A stretch of 64,000 bases of DNA from Thermoleophilia bacterium (GTDB lineage: Bacteria > Actinomycetota > Thermoleophilia > UBA2241). The position numbers and the translations under genes were made by a program. Position 1 is the stretch's first letter; every line of letters begins with the position of its first letter. Shown piece after piece: positions 49,814 through 58,213 of the stretch. Location: assembly GCA_040776965.1 (NCBI GenBank), contig JAXGZO010000001.1:1062275-1126274 (forward strand), given 5' to 3'. The notes below the pieces were generated by a model. It was not told where the DNA came from, did no database searches, and was given only the letters and a program-made list of their open reading frames with translations.

Positions 49814-50665
49814 TTAGCAGTGCGCCGCATCGTCCTCCTGCAGGAGCTCGTCGAGGATAGCCTGCGCCTCCTTTACCGCCGCCGAACGACGCCCCTTGCG
49901 GTCGGGGTGGATCTCGTCGAGCTCCTTCTCCATCTCGAGGATGCGCGTGACGAGGCACTTAATGGCGTCGGCAACTGGATCCGGCAGGTGGCGGTAGTCG
50001 ATGTCGGGGATGCCGACGCGCTCGCCCTCCACCAAGACGGGCCGCCCGGGGTTGCCCACCACCGTCGAGTTCTGCGGAACGTCGTTGATGACGACGCTCC
50101 CCGCGCCGATCTTGGCGTTGTCGCCGATAGTGATGCCACCGAGGACCTTGGCGCCGGCGCCGAAGATCACGTTGTCGCCCACCGTGGGGTGCCGCTTGCC
50201 GGTCTCCTTGCCGGTGCCGCCGAGGGTTACCCCCTGGTAGACCGTCACGTTGTCGCCGATCTCGGCCGTCTCGCCGATAACGACCCCGGCGCCGTGGTCG
50301 ATGAAAAAGCCCTTGCCGATGCACGCCCCGGGGTGAATCTCGATACCGGTGAGAAAGCGGTTGAACTGGCTGATCCACCGCGGGAGCACGGGCAACCCGA
50401 CGGTGTGCAGCCGATGGGCGATGCGGTGCAGCCACAACGCGTGGAGGCCGGAGTACGAGGTGAGGATCTCGAGCTTCGAGGTCGCCGCTGGGTCGCGCTC
50501 CTGCACGGCGTGTACGTCGCGGCTGACCTCGGAGACGCCGACGGAGACGTCGCGCGTGATCTCGGCGATAATACGGCAGGCGAGCGGGGGGCGTTGTGAG
50601 TCGCGCCCGCTGCGCCGGCCCAGCGCGGCGATCGGGCAACCCAACTTGAGGAGCTTGCGAATCAC
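49814..50665 (-). CDS. cysE: Serine O-acetyltransferase
   Basis: A SATase N-domain followed by hexapeptide repeats, reading ...[45 protein letters not shown]. Confidence 0.85.
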   Translation of the reverse strand: MIRKLLKLGCPIAALGRRSGRDSQRPPLACRIIAEITRDVSVGVSEVSRDVHAVQERDPAATSKLEILTSYSGLHALWLHRIAHRLHTVGLPVLPRWISQFNRFLTGIEIHPGACIGKGFFIDHGAGVVIGETAEIGDNVTVYQGVTLGGTGKETGKRHPTVGDNVIFGAGAKVLGGITIGDNAKIGAGSVVINDVPQNSTVVGNPGRPVLVEGERVGIPDIDYRHLPDPVADAIKCLVTRILEMEKELDEIHPDRKGRRSAAVKEAQAILDELLQEDDAAHC

Positions 50666-50757
50666 GTTTCACCTCGGCGTCGTGGATAGGGCGCGGGACG
50701 GAGTCGCCCGCGCCGCCCCTACGCTATCACGGCGGCGCGCCCTTGCGAACGATCTCT

Positions 50758-51576
50758 TTACGACCCCTCGCGACGAGGGGCCGCCCCGCCCACGCGGAGC
50801 CCCTCGAGGTCGAGGGCGACGGCGGAGAACCCGAGGGGGCGAAGCCGCCGCACGATCTCGTGCCGCAGGGCGGCCGCCCGCTCCACCTCCGAGGGCTCGA
50901 CCTCGACCCTCACCACCTCCCCGTGGTGGCGAGCCCGACACCGCCGAAACCCCAGGGAGCGGAGCTCGCACTCGGCCGCCGCGACCGCGCGGAGCTTCTC
51001 GGCGGTAACCGGCTCGCCGTAGGGGATCCGCGAGGCCAGACACGCCTGCGAGGGCGCGTCCCACACACGAAGGCCGTAGCCCCGCGCCAAGCGCCGCACG
51101 TCGTCTTTGCAAAGACCAGCCGCCAAGAGAGGGTGTACCACCCCGTGCTCGGCGGCCGCACGGAGGCCCGGCCGATCGTCGTGGAGGTCGTCTTTGGTGG
51201 TGCCGTCGGCGAGGGCGGCGAAGCCACGCTCGCCGACCACGCGGAGCATGCACCCGAAGAGCTCGTCTTTACAGAGATAGCAGCGCTCGCGCGTGTTCGC
51301 GGCGAACGCGGCGCGCTGAAGCTCGTCGGCCTCGATACCGACGTGCGCGACGTCGAGCCGCTCCGCGAGGCGGCGGGCGGCGGCGGGCTCGCCCGGCGGA
51401 CACGCCGCCGAGACGGCGGTGAGGGCGAGCACCCTGTGCGGGCCGAGCGCGGCCGCGGCCGCGGCCAGCACGAGGCTCGAATCCACGCCGCCGGAGAGGG
51501 CGACGCCCACCGAGCCCAGCTTCGCCAGCTCAGCCTCGAGCCGCCCCTGCAACTGAGCGACGTCGCCCAGCTTTAC
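50758..51576 (-). CDS. PP-loop ATP pyrophosphatase (LarE/TIGR00268-like sulfur-transfer family); the start codon is unclear
   Basis: PP-loop SGGVDSS and a CYLCK motif. There is no ATG or GTG in frame between the cysK stop and the PP-loop; the start may be a non-canonical CTG or TTG. ORF 50758..52104. Confidence 0.55.
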   Translation of the reverse strand, partial: VKLGDVAQLQGRLEAELAKLGSVGVALSGGVDSSLVLAAAAAALGPHRVLALTAVSAACPPGEPAAARRLAERLDVAHVGIEADELQRAAFAANTRERCYLCKDELFGCMLRVVGERGFAALADGTTKDDLHDDRPGLRAAAEHGVVHPLLAAGLCKDDVRRLARGYGLRVWDAPSQACLASRIPYGEPVTAEKLRAVAAAECELRSLGFRRCRARHHGEVVRVEVEPSEVERAAALRHEIVRRLRPLGFSAVALDLEGLRVGGAAPRREGS

Positions 51577-52511
51577 GGCTCCGCCAGCTCGCCGAAGAGC
51601 GGCGTGGAGAGGTAGCGCTCCCCGGTATCGCAGAGGATCGTCACGATGACCTTGCCCCGCATCTCCGGCCGCCGGGCGACGCGCTCGGCGGCCCAGACGT
51701 TGGCGCCGGCCGAGATGCCCACGAGCACGCCCTCGCGGCGCGCGAGCTCGCGCGCCGCGGCGTATGCATCGTCGCCGGACACCGTGAGCACCTCGTCGTA
51801 GACCGACGTGTCGAGCACCTCGGGCACGAAGCCCGCGCCGATGCCCTGAAGGGGATGTTGTCCGGGCGGCGACCCGGAGAGCACCGCGGACTCCACCGGC
51901 TCGACGGCGACGATGTGAACCCCCGGTCGCCGCTCCTTGAGCAGCCCGCCGACGCCCGTCAGTGTACCGCCGGTGCCGACTCCGGCGACGAAGGCGTCGA
52001 CCTCCCCGTCGGTGTCGTCCCAGATCTCCTCGGCCGTCGTGTCGTGGTGCGTGGCGGAGTTGACGGGGTTGCTGAACTGCTGCGGCAGAAAGGCGTGATC
52101 GCACACAGCGGCGATGGCCAGGGCTTTTTTCACGGCACCCTGCATGCCCTCAGCGCCGGGCGTAAGGACGAGCTCGGCGCCGTACGCCCTGAGCATCGCC
52201 CGGCGCTCGGCGCTGAACGTGTCGGGCATGGTGAGGACGACCTTGTACCCACGCGCCGCCGCCACCATCGCGAGGGCGATACCGGCGTTGCCACTGGTGG
52301 ACTCGATAATCGTGGTACGGCCCGGCACGCACCGCCCCTCGGCCTCGGCGGCCTCGATCATGGCGAGCCCTACTCTATCCTTAACGCTCCCGCCCGGGTT
52401 GAAGGATTCGAGCTTTCCGAGCACCTCGGCGCCGGTCTCGTCGGAGATACGGTTGAGCCGCAGCAGCGGCGTCCGCCCGATGAGCTCCGTGATACTACTG
52501 GCCGTCTTCAT
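51573..52511 (-). CDS. cysK: Cysteine synthase A (O-acetylserine sulfhydrylase)
   Basis: Reads [19 protein letters not shown]...GGSVKDRVG... with the PLP lysine motif. The stop (TAA) is at 51573-75. Confidence 0.9.
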   Translation of the reverse strand: MKTASSITELIGRTPLLRLNRISDETGAEVLGKLESFNPGGSVKDRVGLAMIEAAEAEGRCVPGRTTIIESTSGNAGIALAMVAAARGYKVVLTMPDTFSAERRAMLRAYGAELVLTPGAEGMQGAVKKALAIAAVCDHAFLPQQFSNPVNSATHHDTTAEEIWDDTDGEVDAFVAGVGTGGTLTGVGGLLKERRPGVHIVAVEPVESAVLSGSPPGQHPLQGIGAGFVPEVLDTSVYDEVLTVSGDDAYAAARELARREGVLVGISAGANVWAAERVARRPEMRGKVIVTILCDTGERYLSTPLFGELAEP

Positions 52512-52548
52512 CCGACCTCCTCGCCCCTCTCGACCGCTCGGGGATCGC

Positions 52549-52980
52549 TTAAATGTCGTACGTGAGTGCGCGCCCGCGCTGGGCGTCTTCGCGCGCGAGG
52601 AGGTCGCCGATCGAGGTGCCAGCGAGCACCCCCTCGAGGGCCCGCTGTGCGTCGAGCCAGACCGAGGACGCACCGCAGAGCTCGGCGCCGTCGCAGAGCC
52701 CCTGTGTGCACTCGGCCGGCGAGAGCAAGCCGTCGAGAACAGTCACCACGTCGAGCACGTTGATCTCGTCGGGGTGGGCGGCGAGGGAGTACCCGCCGGC
52801 CGCCCCCCGCCGGCTCCGCACGAGCCCGCCACGCCGCATGGCCGCAAACACCTGCTCGAGGAATTGGAGCGGCATCTGGCCGCGCTCCGCGATGTCGGCG
52901 AGGCGGACAGGCCTCCCGGGCTCCGCGATCTCGCGACGTGCGAGTTCGGTGAGCGCCCTCACCGCGTAACGGCTCTTCAT
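52549..52980 (-). CDS. Rrf2-family transcriptional regulator (CymR/IscR-like)
   Basis: Reads [17 protein letters not shown]...[41 protein letters not shown]. It is immediately upstream of cysK. Confidence 0.75.
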   Translation of the reverse strand: MKSRYAVRALTELARREIAEPGRPVRLADIAERGQMPLQFLEQVFAAMRRGGLVRSRRGAAGGYSLAAHPDEINVLDVVTVLDGLLSPAECTQGLCDGAELCGASSVWLDAQRALEGVLAGTSIGDLLAREDAQRGRALTYDI

Positions 52981-53019
52981 CGAGATATTCACCGCTCGCC
53001 CCCGATCCACCGTCACATT

Positions 53020-53068
53020 CTGGATAATTCCAGTCAAGAATACGGATCCATTTTACCACCTGTCAAGA
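53020..53068. promoter_or_regulatory. Divergent rrf2 / WYL-regulator promoter region with inverted repeat CTGGA-N4-TCCAG and two GTCAAGA direct repeats
   Basis: ctggataattccag is at 53020-53033; gtcaaga is at ~53033-39 and ~53062-68. Confidence 0.35.
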
Positions 53069-53109
53069 GGGGAGCGGCAGCCTCAGACCTCCCGTGCTAC
53101 ACTCGTTCG

Positions 53110-55140
53110 ATGAAGGACACCGATAAACTCGTGCGTCAGCTCTCGCTCGTCGCCCTCCTCCTCTCCCGTAACGGTCAGCCGGTGAGCCGCGAGACGATCC
53201 GGCACCGCGTAGAGGGGTACCCGGAGCTCACCGAGGCCGCCTTTACGCGACGATTCCTCGACGACCGCACCGAGCTCGACGCCCTCGGCATCGGTGTTCT
53301 CTGCAGCCATAGCGACGAGGGCTCCGACCTCTTCAGCCTTCCGGGCGACTCCTACTATCTCCCGCCGATCGCCTTTACGGCGGAGGAGCTCACCGCGCTC
53401 GGCACCTGCCTCATCGTCCTCAGCCATCGGTTTCCGTACTCACAGCCCCTCCGCCTCGCCCTGCTGAGCCTCGCCCACGGCCGCCCGGAGTTGCTCCACG
53501 ACGCCCAGGATGCTCCACCGGCCATGGCGCTCGCAGGCGCCCCGGAGCCCGGCCTCCTCCCCAAGCTTCAGGCGGCCATCACGAAGAGTAAAACCGTGCG
53601 GTTTACGTACTACGCCATCGGCAACGACGAGCGGTCGGAGCGGTCGGTCGACCCCTATGGCCTACAGCTCACCGCCGGCGAGTGGTACCTCGTGGGGCGC
53701 TGCCACGCGCGCAACGCCCTCCGCATGTTTAAGCTCGCGCGGATCACATCTAAGGTCACCTACGCCACGCGCAAGCCCCACGACTTCTCACCGCCGAACG
53801 ACTTCGCCCTCGGCGCCCTGCGCAACCGCCCGGCCTGGCAGCTCGCCGAGCGGCGCTCGCGGGCTCGCATCCGCGTCGCACCCTCGCTCGCCTGGTGGGT
53901 AAAGGCTCACTGGGCGCACTGCGGCACCGTGGCGGTCGAGGAGGACGGCTCCCTCCTCTACGAGACCGACGTCGCCGCCTCGCGGCCGCTCCTCTCCTGG
54001 GTGCTCGGGATGGCGGAGGAGGCGGAGCTCCTCGAGCCGCTTGAGCTCCGCGCGCAGCTCGCCAAGCACCTCCGCCGCCTCCTTGAAGCGCTCAACGCAC
54101 CGGAGGCAAGCGGCGAACCGGCAGCCGATGAGCTGCCCCCCGCGCCGCTCCGCCGCCCCCACGACGCCGACTGGCACGTCGGGGTCGACCGCTTCACCCG
54201 ACTCACGGCACTCGCCACCTACCTCATCCACGCCTGCGACGAGCAGGGCGAGGCGGTTCTACCCATCGCCACCGTATGCGCCGACCTCGAGAGCACCGCC
54301 GAGAAGCTCCTGGCCGACATCGACCTCCTCAACCTCGTGAACTTCGGTGGGGGCGACGCGCTCTTCTACATCACGCACGACGAAGATGACCGGCTCCACA
54401 TCTCTAGCGAGCCGGCTGGGACCCACTTCGCCCGTCCGGCACACCTCTCCCCCGTACAGGCCGACACCCTCCTCCTCGCCGTCAACCTCGTGGGTAAACA
54501 CCTCCCCATCTCGACCGGCTCCGCACTCCGCACGGCCGCCGAGAAGCTCCACGCCGCCCGCTCGGCGTCGCCGTACGTCGACCTCAGCGAGCTCCTCGTG
54601 CCCGACGAGTCGATCCTCACCACGGTCAACCGCGCCATCGTAGAGCGCCACCCCCTCGCCATTGAGTACTGGAGCGAGGGGGCGGGCCGCACGAGCGAGC
54701 GCACGGTGGAGCCCTACCTCCTCATCCGCAGCCGCGATGAGTGGTACTACGTGTGCTGGTGTCGCAGCGCCGAGGCAACGCGCGTCTTTCGCGTCGCCAC
54801 GACCAAGACGGCGCGGCCGCTCGACGAGCTCTTCTCCCCGCGGCCGGAGGTGGAACTCGACGTGTACCGGCGCGAGGGCATCCCCACGGCCGAGACCTAC
54901 ACGCCGCAAGCGGCGCGAGTTCACTACAGCGCCGCCGTGAGCCGCTGGATCGCCGAGCGCCAACCGGTAAGCCCGCTCCCCGACGGCTCGTGCGTAGCCA
55001 CCCAGCCCTACCTCGACCTGCAGTGGCTCACCCGCCACCTGCTCCGCTTCGCGGGGGAGGCACGCCCCCTCACGCCACCCGAGGCGGTCGCCGACCTCCG
55101 CGCGACGGCAACCCGCCTCCTCGCCCTCTACACCTCGTAG
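53110..55140 (+). CDS. Fused tandem HTH-WYL transcriptional regulator (PafBC-like)
   Basis: 677 aa starting MKDTDKLVRQLSLVALLL (wHTH). It has two WYL-type units: VRFTYYAIGNDERSERSVDPYGLQLTAGEWYLVGRCH and LAIEYWSEGAGRTSERTVEPYLLIRSRDEWYYVCWCR. The ORF track extends it artefactually to 52114. Confidence 0.75.
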   Translation: MKDTDKLVRQLSLVALLLSRNGQPVSRETIRHRVEGYPELTEAAFTRRFLDDRTELDALGIGVLCSHSDEGSDLFSLPGDSYYLPPIAFTAEELTALGTCLIVLSHRFPYSQPLRLALLSLAHGRPELLHDAQDAPPAMALAGAPEPGLLPKLQAAITKSKTVRFTYYAIGNDERSERSVDPYGLQLTAGEWYLVGRCHARNALRMFKLARITSKVTYATRKPHDFSPPNDFALGALRNRPAWQLAERRSRARIRVAPSLAWWVKAHWAHCGTVAVEEDGSLLYETDVAASRPLLSWVLGMAEEAELLEPLELRAQLAKHLRRLLEALNAPEASGEPAADELPPAPLRRPHDADWHVGVDRFTRLTALATYLIHACDEQGEAVLPIATVCADLESTAEKLLADIDLLNLVNFGGGDALFYITHDEDDRLHISSEPAGTHFARPAHLSPVQADTLLLAVNLVGKHLPISTGSALRTAAEKLHAARSASPYVDLSELLVPDESILTTVNRAIVERHPLAIEYWSEGAGRTSERTVEPYLLIRSRDEWYYVCWCRSAEATRVFRVATTKTARPLDELFSPRPEVELDVYRREGIPTAETYTPQAARVHYSAAVSRWIAERQPVSPLPDGSCVATQPYLDLQWLTRHLLRFAGEARPLTPPEAVADLRATATRLLALYTS

Positions 55141-55142
55141 CG

Positions 55143-55439
55143 ATGATGACGGCCCTTCACCTCCTCCAAAAAGCCGTGTGGGCCTTCTGGGCGCTCGGCC
55201 CGCAGCTCGTCCTCTGCCTTGTGCTGGCCTGGAAGCTCTCCAAGCGACGCGAGGAGAGCGCCCTCTCCTGGATGATCGGTGGGTTCTTCGCCTCGCTCGT
55301 TCCCCTCATCGGCGTCGTCCCCCTCATCGTCTTCTGGCGGGCGGACGACCGAGGCGAGGGCGAACGGGTAGACCGGTGGCTGAAGAGCCTGAAGCGCCTT
55401 ACGGCAGGTCGAGGACGACGACCGCGCAGTCGTCCGTAA
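55143..55439 (+). CDS. Small hypothetical membrane protein
   Basis: 98 aa reading MMTALHLLQKAVWAFWALGPQLVLCLVLAWKL...; two predicted TM segments. It overlaps the 3' end of the convergent phosphatase gene. Low support. Confidence 0.25.
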   Translation: MMTALHLLQKAVWAFWALGPQLVLCLVLAWKLSKRREESALSWMIGGFFASLVPLIGVVPLIVFWRADDRGEGERVDRWLKSLKRLTAGRGRRPRSRP

Positions 55440-58011
55440 GGACGCCGCCGGCGTACTCGCGAACGGTCTCGAGCAGCGTGTCCGCGAGCCCCTGGGGCGA
55501 GAGGTCGAGGTGCTCCATGACCGTCCGCCTCACGCCCTCCTCGCCGAAGAAGGCCTTTCCGCGGCGGGCTTCGATGATGCCGTCGGTGTAGAGCACAATC
55601 CGCGTCTCGGCCGGCAACACGACGCGGTGTGTGGAATACCGGCGGCCGCGGAAGAGGCCGACCGCCGTATCGCCCTCCTGGGGGATAAGGAATTCCTTCC
55701 CGCCCGCGACGACGATGGGCCGCGGGTGGCCGGCGATCGCGTACTCAAAGACGCGGCGGACGACGTCGATGAAGGCGACGAATAGAGTGACGTACGGCTG
55801 ACTCGGCGCCTGTGCGTCCATCGCGGCGTTGAGCCTCGAGAGAGCCTCCCCCGGCGAACCCTCGGCGACGTAGGCCCGCAACATGTACCGCACGGTCGCC
55901 GAGTGCGCGGCCGCACCGAGCCCTTTGCCGCAAACGTCGCCCACCGTGACCATGAGCTTACCGGGTGCCAGCATGACGAGGTCGTAGAAGTCGCCGCCGA
56001 TGCGAGCTGCGTCGGTCGCCGCCCGGTAGCGAACGCCCATCTCCACCCCGGCTACGAACGGGGGTTCCTGGAGCAGTGCCTCCTGGAAGGTCTCGGCGAT
56101 CGCGTGCTCCCGCTGGTAGGCCATGGCGTTGTGCAGGCTGGCGCCGAGCTGAGCCGCGAGCGTGGTGATGAGCAACTCGTCCTCGTCGTCGAACTCCCCG
56201 TCGCTCGACCCGCTCACCACGAGCATCGACGTCTTGCCCATAGACTCGGGGTCGACCGGTACCATGAGGAGGTCATCGTCTTGAGAGACGCCCGCGGGGA
56301 GCACCTCGTCGTCCGCGGGGACGAGGTCGGCCGGGACGCCGAGCGCCCTACTACGGTACCGCTCCAGCAGCTCCTCCTCGGCGACCCCAGTGGAGGCGCG
56401 CACCACGGTGTACTCGCCGACGCCGCTGAGCACGGCGGCGGCGCGCACGTGGAGGAGGTCGGCGGCGGCCGCGACCACCTCGTCGAGGATCTCCTGCTCG
56501 TCGGCGCGGTCGAGCCGCCGATTGAGCTCGACCGCGAACGACTGCAGGCGCTGAAGACGCCGGGCGAGCCGGTCGCGGCGCTCCGTGAGCGCCCGCTCCT
56601 TCTTGAAGAGCCGCGCGGTGTCGACCGCCAACGCGGCGAACCGGCAGATGGTGCGCGCGAGGTCGATCTTCTCCGCGCTCAACTCGCGCGGCACGCGGTC
56701 GTAGAGCTCCACGACGAGCAGGACGTGCTCGCGGATGTAGATCGGGATACTGAACTGCACACAGCGATGAGCGCGGTAGAGAGCCTCCCGCTCCGCGCGA
56801 CTGAGTTGTGGGTCGTCGATACTGTCGACGAAGACCGACCGACGGCTCTGCACCGCCAACTTCGTGACGCCCATAGCCGCGAGGGGGACAACACCCTCTG
56901 CCTCAGCCAAAGGCGCCTCGGCGCCCTTACCACAGCGGTAGACCCTGCGAAGCAGGCCCGCCCCCTCATCGACCTCGAAGACGGTGCACGCCGGCATAGC
57001 CAGCGCCTCGAGGAGCCGCGAGGCGATAACCCTGAGGAGGTCCTCTATCTCGAGGCTCTGCGCGAAGTCGAGGCTCGCGTCGCGCACCGTCTCGAGGGCG
57101 CGTCGCTTGGCGCTCAGCTCCAGCATGAGGCGGACGTTCTCGGTGGCGATACCGAGGTACTGAGCGAGGCCTGCGGCCACCGCCACGCGCTCCTCGTCGT
57201 ACTCGCCGGTGAACTGCGGACGACTGTAGATAAGAACCCCGATCTCGTGCTCCATAGAGCGCATGGGAAAGACGACGGTGCGCTCAAACGGCACCTGCTC
57301 AGCCAGCGGGCCGAAGAGCTCGGCCTGCCGCCCCCACGCGTCGCGAAAGAGCACGTTGTCGGCTCGCAGTGCCTCGCAGGCGATAGGAACCCGCTCGGCA
57401 TCTACGGTGATCTCCTGAAGGTTGCAGGTCGAGCCGAAGACGCACCGCCCGACCCACCGCTGATCCCTGAGGACGATCATGACCCCGACGGTCGCGCCGA
57501 GGAGCTCCGCGAGGCGCATGACGGTGTACTCGAGCAGCTCGCCGATCTCCGCCCATTCGCCGCCGCTCATTAAGACAGCGGCGCCGGCCTCGGCGAGCTG
57601 CGCCCGCAGCATCGCGTACTCGCTCACCATCGTGAGGCGGCGGATGAGGTAGGCGAGGGCGACCAACGCCATGCCGCTTAAACACCCGTAGAGGAGGTTA
57701 AACCAATTCCCCGTAGTCAGGTTGCCTTGAAGAGCCATGACCGCGATCGTGAGGGCGCCGCAGACCACCCCCGCAGCGAGGACGAGACGCTCGCGCCCGG
57801 CGAGCGCGAGGAGCGTAAGGGGGAGGAGGTAAAAGCCGGCCATGGTGACCGGGTGCAAGAAGAGATCGAGATAGGCGATGAGGATGATGAGCGCGGCGGC
57901 CACCGTGACGACGAGGGGAAGGTGGCTCGTGAGCCAGGAGATCCGGCTGACGAGGCGGGGGTGCCGCCTTTTGGCGCTCTCAAAGCTATGAGCCCACTCT
58001 GTGGCGGTCAT
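55399..58011 (-). CDS. Membrane-anchored GAF-domain PP2C/SpoIIE-type serine phosphatase (RsbU-like)
   Basis: 870 aa: N-terminal TM helices, GAF-like repeats, then a C-terminal PP2C domain with GGDFYD and VGDVCGKG motifs. Confidence 0.75.
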   Translation of the reverse strand: MTATEWAHSFESAKRRHPRLVSRISWLTSHLPLVVTVAAALIILIAYLDLFLHPVTMAGFYLLPLTLLALAGRERLVLAAGVVCGALTIAVMALQGNLTTGNWFNLLYGCLSGMALVALAYLIRRLTMVSEYAMLRAQLAEAGAAVLMSGGEWAEIGELLEYTVMRLAELLGATVGVMIVLRDQRWVGRCVFGSTCNLQEITVDAERVPIACEALRADNVLFRDAWGRQAELFGPLAEQVPFERTVVFPMRSMEHEIGVLIYSRPQFTGEYDEERVAVAAGLAQYLGIATENVRLMLELSAKRRALETVRDASLDFAQSLEIEDLLRVIASRLLEALAMPACTVFEVDEGAGLLRRVYRCGKGAEAPLAEAEGVVPLAAMGVTKLAVQSRRSVFVDSIDDPQLSRAEREALYRAHRCVQFSIPIYIREHVLLVVELYDRVPRELSAEKIDLARTICRFAALAVDTARLFKKERALTERRDRLARRLQRLQSFAVELNRRLDRADEQEILDEVVAAAADLLHVRAAAVLSGVGEYTVVRASTGVAEEELLERYRSRALGVPADLVPADDEVLPAGVSQDDDLLMVPVDPESMGKTSMLVVSGSSDGEFDDEDELLITTLAAQLGASLHNAMAYQREHAIAETFQEALLQEPPFVAGVEMGVRYRAATDAARIGGDFYDLVMLAPGKLMVTVGDVCGKGLGAAAHSATVRYMLRAYVAEGSPGEALSRLNAAMDAQAPSQPYVTLFVAFIDVVRRVFEYAIAGHPRPIVVAGGKEFLIPQEGDTAVGLFRGRRYSTHRVVLPAETRIVLYTDGIIEARRGKAFFGEEGVRRTVMEHLDLSPQGLADTLLETVREYAGGVLTDDCAVVVLDLP

Positions 58012-58213
58012 ACGGCCCCCGGTAGATCGTCCTAAAAGCCCGCGCCGGCGGAGCTTTTACCCTCTTATTCTACTACCGAGGAGCGCAAAAGACGCGACCG
58101 CTCGGTGCCGGCCGAGCAACGTCCACCCTCGTCACCCTTTCGGCAGACCAAGGAGCTTGCTACCGTCGACGGTGCACCTGCAAAGACAGCCCGAGGCCAG
58201 CGAGGAGGACTCC

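Noticed and set aside
52114-53109. A 5' extension of the WYL regulator ORF to 1008 aa (52114..55140).
   Set aside because: The extension runs antisense through cysK and rrf2 and has no domain signal. The conserved HTH starts at MKDTDKLVRQLSL (53110).
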